From: Prevotella sp.
GTDB lineage: Bacteria; Bacteroidota; Bacteroidia; Bacteroidales; Bacteroidaceae
Direction: 5' to 3'
Assembly: GCA_017460515.1 (NCBI GenBank)
Contig: JAFUAY010000022.1
Coordinates: 14,945 to 78,944, forward strand
Length of the DNA stretch: 64,000 nt
Both the position numbers and the translations under genes were made by a program. This document shows, one piece after another, positions 52,806 to 60,744 of the stretch (positions within the stretch are counted from its first letter, which is position 1; every line of letters starts with the position of its first letter). A model generated the notes under the pieces. It was not told the origin of the DNA and did no database searches. It saw only the letters and a program-made list of their open reading frames with translations.

Positions 52806-53684
52806 CTAGAAGCCCTTTGGCTCTTCGGGCTCTACTTGGACTTCAACCGACTGTGTATCATCCTGCTGCTGGGCAGCCTCTTCTTCCTCATGCTTATCCT
52901 CATCCCTGATGTTTACAGTTTGGGAAGAAGCAACATTCTTTGTATTATCTCTTATCTCTCGCTCTTCTTCTATCATTTTGTCATCATCTACATTTGGATT
53001 GAAATAGTCATACTCTTCCTCCATCAAGAATTGTTTTCCCTTGCGTGACAGCCTATCATAGAAAGCTCTCTTGCTGCTACGCTCAATACGGAACATTTCT
53101 GAAGCGCCTAAATCTGAGTATTCATAGTGCATTCTGCTACGAATACCCATGTCATCTGCTACTGCATCCACATCCTGATTGGTACCGATATAAGCGAACA
53201 CCCATCCTTTGGCTTTTAGTTCTGCTACAAGATTCTTGATGTCGTGGCCACTATATTCTCGCGAAGCGTTTTCATAACCGTCTGTAATGATGGTGACCAG
53301 CACCACATCCTCGTCAGAGACGTGGTTCTTAAGCTCATTCAGCGATCGTCCCATAGCATCAAACAGTGGAGTGCAATCATCTGGCTTATAATCAGTCCAC
53401 TTCAGTTTCTTGTCGCTTTCCACCTTCTGACGATTCATCACGCTCTTGATTCTGGCACTATTGAATGTCACAAACGAAAGAAAATGCTGCTGCTCCTTGT
53501 GCTCCTTCTGGGCATTCCTGATGGTCTGGAAAGTTTCATTTAGTCCCCAAACAGCCTGATTTTCTATCGTAATCATAGATCCACTCTCATCGAGGATAAT
53601 CAGATTATACACTCGCTGTTTCAAGCTTTTATTATCACTCTTGTCCCGCTTTGGCGTGTACGCCACTTTACCATTCTGTTTCAT
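52806..53684 (-). CDS. von Willebrand factor A domain protein with acidic tail
   Basis: MIDAS IILDESGSM, TPLFDAMG, IITDGYENAS, FAYIGTNQD; start moved to MKQNGK after TAACTTTG promoter (53712-53719). Confidence 0.9.
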   Translation of the reverse strand: MKQNGKVAYTPKRDKSDNKSLKQRVYNLIILDESGSMITIENQAVWGLNETFQTIRNAQKEHKEQQHFLSFVTFNSARIKSVMNRQKVESDKKLKWTDYKPDDCTPLFDAMGRSLNELKNHVSDEDVVLVTIITDGYENASREYSGHDIKNLVAELKAKGWVFAYIGTNQDVDAVADDMGIRSRMHYEYSDLGASEMFRIERSSKRAFYDRLSRKGKQFLMEEEYDYFNPNVDDDKMIEEEREIRDNTKNVASSQTVNIRDEDKHEEEEAAQQQDDTQSVEVQVEPEEPKGF

Positions 53685-53812
53685 TATCACAACAATTAAT
53701 ATTTTTTTCGGCAAAGTTAGGATATTCCAACTATGCAGCCAAACGTTTTGCCTCCACCGCTCGGCCTTCAGGACGCTTTGCCAGTCAAAGAAGGCTTGCG
53801 GAAACGAAGATT

Positions 53813-55228
53813 TTATTCCCAATCCACCAGTTCTCGGGGCAGGGAGATCTTCTTTGCTTCGCCACGCAGACCATCGATGTAGTAATGACGTGCCATGTGA
53901 TTGTCAAACAGTCCTACGAAGGCGCCACGAATACGTGCACACTTCTCGTTGATAGAGTTCAGTGTCGGGTTCGTCACATCCTCTATGCTCTGCAACGCCC
54001 TTTCATTCAGTCCCGTTGCACGAAGACCCTGATAGATCTCTGCAAACTCCTCACGGTAGTCAGGCAAATGTTTAAACAGGATTCCTTCCGGATGACGTAA
54101 GAACAGCAGGTACACCGCCTTTGCCAATGGCTCCATCTTCACTTCCATGTTATTATAGTCAGGCAGCAGCAAGCGGTAATCCTTCGTAATGACCAGTCTG
54201 CTCAGGCGATCATCAGGATGAATCAGCTGTTCCAGTATATGTTCAGCTATTCCCCTCTGTCTAAGTTTAGCTATACGCTCACGCACCTCTTCTATCAGGT
54301 CAGCCGTATTCTCCGCCTCTATCTGCGAATTAAACTGTTCGTCAGCCCTTCCACTGGAGCCACCTCCGCTGGGAGCGTCCCAATCGTCACACTCATCGTC
54401 ATCAGCAGGAAGCAGACGGATAGAGGCGGTCTGTTCCTGAGTTATCTGCTTCCCTATACGATGCAACTGGTCACCCAACGACTCCCCGCACTTTGATGAT
54501 AGCGGATAAAAACGATTACTTGCCTTATCCTTACCATCACCACCCCGATGTATATCCACCGTACGTATGAAGCCCTGCTTGATTCGCTTTCTATCGTTCG
54601 GGTTATCCAGATATTGCAACAGATAGTCATTCCCCAGTCGCAGTCCCTCCAGTTCCATATCTGAGAGATAGGGCGCACGGTAATGCAAGACCTCCTTAGC
54701 CCTCAGTCGCTTCATCAGCAATGGTAGGTAGATAATCTGGAATCCAATCATCTTCCCCCACCCTTCTACCACCTCCGGCTTAGTCTCAAACAGTTCTGTC
54801 AGTTCCTTATCCTCCTCACTGGCCACATAAATCAGTTCCCTCGGAGCCAATCGTCCTTTCAGCGAGAATTCTATCTCATTATCCACAGCTCCCAGTTCAG
54901 GCGCCCCCGATGGCTTTTGTGGCTTTTGCTGAGGTGTTGCTCCCCTTTTCTCAATGAAGAACAGCACTATCAGTCCTATAGCCACCACTACATCCACGAT
55001 GTTCCATATCAGTCGACCCAATGCAATCTTCGCAAACGGTTGGAACAGCAGTGCCAGCGTAGCGCATGTCCACATCAGTTCACTCTTCCGCTCCTGATAG
55101 TACTTCAGCGCCATTGCTCCGAATGCCACCATAGCCACGAACCGCACTAGCACAAAATACCCGTATGGCATCGGGGCCAGACAGAGCAGCAGCATCGCTG
55201 CAAGGAGTAGATATAGCTGTTTCATCAT
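53813..55228 (-). CDS. DUF6804-like membrane domain fused to a putative winged-helix regulator domain
   Basis: N-terminal LLCLAPMPYGYFVLVRFV...LLFQPFAKIALGRLIWNIVDV; C-terminal LVITKDYRLLLPDY...LAKAVYLLFLRHPEGI...SINEKCARIR. Confidence 0.6.
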   Translation of the reverse strand: MMKQLYLLLAAMLLLCLAPMPYGYFVLVRFVAMVAFGAMALKYYQERKSELMWTCATLALLFQPFAKIALGRLIWNIVDVVVAIGLIVLFFIEKRGATPQQKPQKPSGAPELGAVDNEIEFSLKGRLAPRELIYVASEEDKELTELFETKPEVVEGWGKMIGFQIIYLPLLMKRLRAKEVLHYRAPYLSDMELEGLRLGNDYLLQYLDNPNDRKRIKQGFIRTVDIHRGGDGKDKASNRFYPLSSKCGESLGDQLHRIGKQITQEQTASIRLLPADDDECDDWDAPSGGGSSGRADEQFNSQIEAENTADLIEEVRERIAKLRQRGIAEHILEQLIHPDDRLSRLVITKDYRLLLPDYNNMEVKMEPLAKAVYLLFLRHPEGILFKHLPDYREEFAEIYQGLRATGLNERALQSIEDVTNPTLNSINEKCARIRGAFVGLFDNHMARHYYIDGLRGEAKKISLPRELVDWE

Positions 55229-55272
55229 CTATTGCTTAACCCTAAAGGCATGAAGAAATTTGCATCCATTTC

Positions 55273-55644
55273 TTAGATATTATAAATATTCCTCACTACA
55301 AGCCATAACAAGAATGTCAATATATAGAAATCCACTACATATTTGTTCTCTATTACGCTTGCCAGTTGATTACGCGCTTTACCATTAGGCAACAGCCATT
55401 CCACAAGAAACAGCATTGCATAAGGACCTGCATAGAGAAGATAATAGTTGTATTCAACAGCCTCCTTGAATTGTCCATGCATCAAAGCATAAATTGCCCG
55501 TTGTATTCCGCATGCCGGACAGCTCAACCCTGTTATCATCTTGAACGGACATTTTGGCATAAACCAATAATAGGAAGGATTGAAGTTGTACAAGACAACT
55601 CCCACAACTATCATAACCAATACTATGATAAAAAGTCTATTCAC
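55273..55644 (-). CDS. DUF2752 membrane protein
   Basis: CPFKMITGLSCPACGIQRA signature, terminal VVRNI. Confidence 0.9.
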   Translation of the reverse strand: MNRLFIIVLVMIVVGVVLYNFNPSYYWFMPKCPFKMITGLSCPACGIQRAIYALMHGQFKEAVEYNYYLLYAGPYAMLFLVEWLLPNGKARNQLASVIENKYVVDFYILTFLLWLVVRNIYNI

Positions 55645-55647
55645 AGA

Positions 55648-55938
55648 CTAACTCATTGCTGACAATACAGCGAGCCCCCCAAAAAACAAAAAATAGATAA
55701 GACTACCAACCACGCTTAAAACGATACCAATGATACTCCATTTTTTGGCTTCTTGAGCAGCCTGATTTGCTGCGTCATATTGCTTCATCAAATAAAGCGT
55801 GTTCACGCTATTCGCCTTGACAATTGCAACAATGCCTAATGGCAGACAACAACAGATGGTTGTAAAAATGGCAAGAGCCATATTGTTGTCCGGTTTCATC
55901 ACAGGAGCTTGTCCTTCTACTTTTACATTCTCTTCCAT
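55648..55938 (-). CDS. CD225/dispanin (IFITM-related) membrane protein
   Basis: PDNNMALAIFTTICCCLPLGIVAIVKA...AQEAKKWSII signature. Confidence 0.92.
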   Translation of the reverse strand: MEENVKVEGQAPVMKPDNNMALAIFTTICCCLPLGIVAIVKANSVNTLYLMKQYDAANQAAQEAKKWSIIGIVLSVVGSLIYFLFFGGLAVLSAMS

Positions 55939-56088
55939 AACAATTAGATATTAATTTAACTTCACGTAGCAAAGGTAAGTATTTTTTTGGAAAAAATGTT
56001 CAACTTCTATTATTTTTTTGTGTTTGTTGCAAAAAAGCCCCCATACAATATTCGTCATACGGCATAATGATTAAATATTGCAACATCA

Positions 56089-56970
56089 TTATTTCCAATC
56101 TTCAATATTTGAATGTGCCTCCACCACATCTTCTATGCTGTCGGGCAATGCAGGGAAGAAGTCATAGCCTGTAATTCGTTCCACATCATCCACCGTATTG
56201 ATGCACTGATCACGCTTCTTCTTCCCCTCGTTGTTCCTAACCACAAAGCCTATCGCCTTGGGAGTACCCTGCAAGCAGAGCACCACCTTGAAGAATGCTT
56301 CTGGTACCACCACCCTATTTCTTCCTATCGTCTCATGTTCCCTATTCAGCAGTACAGGCCCACAGACAATATACACATCCCCATATTTCCTAGCCCACCT
56401 ACGGCAGTCAATCTCGATGCTGTTCCAGACTCCACTGTTCAGACTCGCATTCTGCGGACAGACATTGACTAAGCTGAATGACTCATACATTGCCTTCTCG
56501 TCCCATTTATTATCACCTGCAGGACACATGTGACCACGTGACCAGCCACTTCCCCGATAGTCCTCAAGAGTTGCTCGTGGAGTAGGAATGCTTTCTTCCT
56601 CATAGAAATTATTAAGCCTTCCATATGGCCCATCCGTATGTTCTGCTGTCAGATGCCAAGCCACCCAGTTGGGCATCTTGGTGTCTTTATTGTATGAGAC
56701 AATATAAGATAACTTTTCTATTAGTAGTTCAGAAATAAGAGATAGAGGTGCAGGCTTACATATAATTAAAGATGAATCCGACAAGTTTCTTATAATCAGA
56801 GCCTCACTACAGTCAGTATCAGGCTGCCCTATAATGGCTATGGAGTTATCAACAGATAATTGCTCGCCTTCTGTTGAATGCCTCCTATTCTTACCACTTG
56901 AATGACTGCATGAAATCAAAAAAACAATAAAAACATTCAACAACCCCAACAGAATGATACCTCTTCGCAT
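56089..56970 (-). CDS. Lipoprotein DNA/RNA non-specific endonuclease (NucA/EndoG beta-beta-alpha-Me)
   Basis: Lipobox FLISC; YIVSYN...PNWVAW, SRGHMCPAGD, NVCPQNASLNSGVW, VPEAFFKV, ERITGYDFF. Confidence 0.93.
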   Translation of the reverse strand: MRRGIILLGLLNVFIVFLISCSHSSGKNRRHSTEGEQLSVDNSIAIIGQPDTDCSEALIIRNLSDSSLIICKPAPLSLISELLIEKLSYIVSYNKDTKMPNWVAWHLTAEHTDGPYGRLNNFYEEESIPTPRATLEDYRGSGWSRGHMCPAGDNKWDEKAMYESFSLVNVCPQNASLNSGVWNSIEIDCRRWARKYGDVYIVCGPVLLNREHETIGRNRVVVPEAFFKVVLCLQGTPKAIGFVVRNNEGKKKRDQCINTVDDVERITGYDFFPALPDSIEDVVEAHSNIEDWK

Positions 56971-56996
56971 TTGTCTTCCTCCTGATAAAATGCTGC

Positions 56997-57548
56997 TTAG
57001 TTGAATTCTATAGTATTATGATTATAATCTATAGTCACCTTGCCAAACTTTGCCAAAGCTGTCTGACCAAGGAGCAATGGTGCCTGAATATTGTCGACTA
57101 TGGTTGCTTCTACATTTTCCAAAGTGATATCGCCTATTTGAACTGTTCGAAGCAAAACAATCGTTCCAACAGAAACGCCACCCGTAGCATCTTGAAACTG
57201 TTGCTGACCTACAATATCTTCCTGTGTTATCTGCCCCTGTCTCAGCATTACCATAGCTTCTGCTGATGAAAGACTGATGCTTGATGCGCCAGTATCAAAA
57301 ATAAAGTCCAAGCTTAAGCCATTAACAGTAATAGGCACAAGATAAACGCCGCCTTCTTTTCGCATGCTGACCTTAGTATGTCCGCCTACTTTACGTTCCC
57401 TTCTATCACCATTTTGATTTTTGACTACCGTTGAACGATTGCGACTGTTATCGTGACCATGTCTGCCAGATTTGTGTGCGCATGACGTCAATGCGAATAT
57501 CATATAGGACATCAACAAAAGTAAGACACAAAAATTATTTTTCTGCAT
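56997..57548 (-). CDS. Lipoprotein retropepsin-like (clan AA) aspartic protease
   Basis: Lipobox ALTSC; FIFDTGASSISL catalytic motif; PLLLGQTAL. Confidence 0.9.
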   Translation of the reverse strand: MQKNNFCVLLLLMSYMIFALTSCAHKSGRHGHDNSRNRSTVVKNQNGDRRERKVGGHTKVSMRKEGGVYLVPITVNGLSLDFIFDTGASSISLSSAEAMVMLRQGQITQEDIVGQQQFQDATGGVSVGTIVLLRTVQIGDITLENVEATIVDNIQAPLLLGQTALAKFGKVTIDYNHNTIEFN

Positions 57549-58212
57549 TTTCGATAATATTTTTGGGAATTATATGAATAACAAATCTTTGATTATCAAT
57601 CTCTTTCTGACCTCGTTCTCGCATCAACGTACTGTCAAGTTGATTAAAACGAGCCGTACCCTCACCACCAGTATATCCGAAATTATATCTTCCATCGCCA
57701 CTACCAGCAATTTGAATTTCACAATTAACTCCAAAGTCAATCATACATACATCTTTCCAAAATTTCATAAGCGTTAGAGCTCTTTGGAAACTATAGTCAT
57801 AATTAGCATCAGTAAGGCGTGTCGAATTGCGTGATGCTTGTCCTTCAATAATGAGCAGATATTGGTTCGCACCGTTTCTATCTAAGAACTCTTTGATTTC
57901 CATTCCAGCTTGATGTAGGCGTGTAGTATCTGCTTGCAAATCTGCAAGTTGGTATTTCGTGGCATCAAAGAAACACCTGACATCCAGAACGTATTTCTTA
58001 TATTCTGCTTTATAGGCAAAGTTCTTAGAACTTTCAAGTTCTTTGGTAGAAGCCTCGACCTTCTTAATTTCTTCAAGTTGTCTCTCAGTAGCTTCCATTC
58101 GTTTATGTAATAGTACAATAACCAAAACGAACAAAGTTAGCATGATAAAGAATAGACTTGTCATTAGGTCTGAATAGCTTGTCCAAAAAAAAGACTCTCT
58201 CTTTTCTACCAT
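57535..58212 (-). CDS. ZorB/MotB-like protein: TM helix with conserved Asp plus OmpA-like domain
   Basis: FFWTSYSDLMTSLFFIML; IIEGQAS...NYDYSFQRALTL...NQRFVIHI. Confidence 0.8.
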   Translation of the reverse strand: MVEKRESFFWTSYSDLMTSLFFIMLTLFVLVIVLLHKRMEATERQLEEIKKVEASTKELESSKNFAYKAEYKKYVLDVRCFFDATKYQLADLQADTTRLHQAGMEIKEFLDRNGANQYLLIIEGQASRNSTRLTDANYDYSFQRALTLMKFWKDVCMIDFGVNCEIQIAGSGDGRYNFGYTGGEGTARFNQLDSTLMRERGQKEIDNQRFVIHIIPKNIIENAEK

Positions 58213-58214
58213 AC

Positions 58215-59819
58215 TTATCGCCCTTTATTAGAATATTTCACAGAATCTACAATTGTAGTGTCAGTAGAGGTAGAATCAGAAGTCAAAAGATAATTATTTC
58301 CATTGTACTGTTGTATCTCCACAGGAATCTGGCTTTCCTTTTCATTAAACCAAATATTGTGAATGGTATTTGCAGTACAAGCTATTGCTATCAAGATTGC
58401 ACATACAATAACTATCCGACTAGTCCTATGGGGCGTTTGAACATAAGATCCAGGACTGACATCAGTATTTTCTTTGCTTGCCTTTGCAAATTGAAGAAGT
58501 GTCTCCCTAGTAGAAAACAAAAAATTAGAATACAGATTGTCGTTAGTTTTCTCTAGCCTAACAATCATATCATCAATTTTTTGCGGTATATCAGCTACAT
58601 CTGCTAGTTTTTGAGCAATCATAGGTATTTCTTTAATCTGACTAGAGAATTGAGCTTGCAAATCTTTATTAACTTGCTCAAATGACTCTTTTTCATCTTT
58701 TAATATTCGTTTAAAATCCTCTGCCTGCTGCACAAATATGCTATTTAGTTCCTTTGCATTTGACTCAGAAGATTCCCTTAAAGAACGCAAAGCATCTCTT
58801 AAGGCAACATCAGAATCTGCTGCATCCTTTGCGATTTCTGCTTTATGGCGTGAGAAATATTGTCGGATTTCCTCCAAGACATGCAATCGGTTCGCCTCTT
58901 GTTCAAATTGCGTGGTGAATGTATGAATAGCATCGGTATAGCCGTGAATATCGTTCAAATACTCATTAAACTGTTCAAGTTTGTCAGTACATTCCTTTAA
59001 TTCTTCAAGTACACGTACGTTAGCCTTGGCCATCTTCATCACATCCATGTCATGCACGGCTTTGATGATATCACCTTGAATTCGATAGGATTCATTTACT
59101 TCACGCAAAGCACCACGTAGTGATGAAGTATTTTCTGCAAACGTATTGTTGAACTTGTTGAGGTTCTTAACCAAACGGTTGAGAGCATCAGAAGTGTCAG
59201 AGGGTAACTCTGGCAATAATCGTGATTGGAGCCAAGCCAAGAAGGTATTTTTGCCATACTCGCCTTGCAGTTTATAGCGTTTAAACAGTAATGATGCAAA
59301 TGTCGTAAGAATAATTCCACATATACTAGCTAACATGGCCCACGCAACACCAGAAAGAAGGTCATTAACGCCATCTGCAGCTGCGTCAGAGCTACCTGAT
59401 CCAGATGAAAGAAGTGCAGAAATACTACCTGTTATAAGGAGAGAACTTAGTCCAACAATAACACCGGCCATCGTACCTGCTAAACCACAATACAAGGGTA
59501 CAGGTGTCAGCGTATTTATATCATTTTCAACAGAATCACAATGCCTGTCAACAGCGTCCTTTAGTAGCGAGAAATCAATTACAGAACCTGAATTGTTCTC
59601 CAGATATTTATTGATGGAGTCTTTTATTGAATCGAATATAACATTTCCATTGCCATATATTCCCGAAACAAATTTTGTCTCAGGGTTATGTGCTATATCC
59701 CACGAACTTTCTTCAATAAAGATATTTTTGTACTCTTGCATACGGAGCACATTCTTCACGAAAAAGAATATCTGTAACGCAATAATAAACGCTACTATTA
59801 TTATTACTAATTGTGACAT
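58215..59819 (-). CDS. ZorA/MotA/ExbB-like membrane protein with long helical tail
   Basis: TM1 at the N-terminus, PLYCGLAGTMAGVIVGL (TM2), GVAWAMLASICGIILT (TM3), about 300 aa heptad-rich tail, extra C-terminal hydrophobic helix. Confidence 0.8.
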   Translation of the reverse strand: MSQLVIIIVAFIIALQIFFFVKNVLRMQEYKNIFIEESSWDIAHNPETKFVSGIYGNGNVIFDSIKDSINKYLENNSGSVIDFSLLKDAVDRHCDSVENDINTLTPVPLYCGLAGTMAGVIVGLSSLLITGSISALLSSGSGSSDAAADGVNDLLSGVAWAMLASICGIILTTFASLLFKRYKLQGEYGKNTFLAWLQSRLLPELPSDTSDALNRLVKNLNKFNNTFAENTSSLRGALREVNESYRIQGDIIKAVHDMDVMKMAKANVRVLEELKECTDKLEQFNEYLNDIHGYTDAIHTFTTQFEQEANRLHVLEEIRQYFSRHKAEIAKDAADSDVALRDALRSLRESSESNAKELNSIFVQQAEDFKRILKDEKESFEQVNKDLQAQFSSQIKEIPMIAQKLADVADIPQKIDDMIVRLEKTNDNLYSNFLFSTRETLLQFAKASKENTDVSPGSYVQTPHRTSRIVIVCAILIAIACTANTIHNIWFNEKESQIPVEIQQYNGNNYLLTSDSTSTDTTIVDSVKYSNKGR

Positions 59820-59820
59820 T

Positions 59821-60744
59821 TTACTTCAGTAATCGGATTTTAAGTGGTTTTGTAACTTCCCAAGTGTTTTCATCATACTTTTCGCAGATACCTTTTTCGG
59901 TTTCCTTGAAACTGGTTGCATCTTCTATTGAACCTGTATATTCAACAACTTCCTGCCATCCATTTCTAGATTTTATTTTATCTAATGAGATAATTGTAAA
60001 TTCACCTTTTCTCTCATTTTTGAACTTGATGGAGAATACACATGTTTCCTGATTCGAATCCAAAATCTTTGTAAAATATTTACCTGTATTAATATTTGCA
60101 TAGCCAGCACGGATTACTTCAGAGATCCTTTCTTGCTGAGAATTAGAGGTCTGCTGGGGAGTAGGTATAGGTTTTTGAGAATTCAAATACGATACAACTT
60201 CCTGCAATGTTTTTTCTAATTTTTGAATGCGACTTTCTATGCTGCTTGATAAATTGGAAGAACTTGAAGACGTGTTTCGAGAATTACGCTGTGCTTCATT
60301 CTTGAGGCTATTGACATTGAAAATCAATTCCTTTATTCTCTGAGAGCTATCCAAACGGTCACCTACTACAGCACGGACTTCATGTTCGTTCAATCCCCGC
60401 CTAAAGAGAGCCAAAAGGAGTGCTATTATCGATAGAGCTATGGCACCCATGGACATCCATGCCCATGTGCTTCTTGGACTCTGAATATTCTCTATTTTCT
60501 CTCTTAATTCAGAATTCTCTTTTTGAGCTTGATTAAGAGCTACTGCCATAGTATCCACTTTGTTCACTAGATCTTTCATTAAAGAGTCTTGTTCCACTAT
60601 GTGTGCTTTTATTTCTGGCGCTAACCCTTCAATTGATGATATCTCCTTGGGGTCTTTTTGAGATTTGTCTTCCTCAAAGAAACTACAGGAAGATACAGCC
60701 ATGATGATAGCTGTATATATAATGGTGTTTAATATTTTTTTCAT
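59821..60744 (-). CDS. Lipoprotein with coiled coil, internal TM helix and C-terminal globular domain
   Basis: Lipobox AVSSC; coiled coil; TM WAWMSMGAIALSIIALLLALF; second coiled coil; C-terminal GEFTII...GICEK...WEVTKPLKIRL. Confidence 0.7.
   Translation of the reverse strand: MKKILNTIIYTAIIMAVSSCSFFEEDKSQKDPKEISSIEGLAPEIKAHIVEQDSLMKDLVNKVDTMAVALNQAQKENSELREKIENIQSPRSTWAWMSMGAIALSIIALLLALFRRGLNEHEVRAVVGDRLDSSQRIKELIFNVNSLKNEAQRNSRNTSSSSSNLSSSIESRIQKLEKTLQEVVSYLNSQKPIPTPQQTSNSQQERISEVIRAGYANINTGKYFTKILDSNQETCVFSIKFKNERKGEFTIISLDKIKSRNGWQEVVEYTGSIEDATSFKETEKGICEKYDENTWEVTKPLKIRLLK

Noticed and set aside
57535-59819. Flagellar MotAB or TonB-system ExbBD
   Set aside because: No flagellar or TonB genes nearby; the A subunit has a long tail and the B subunit an OmpA-like domain with a WxSxSDLM motif, which fits ZorAB better
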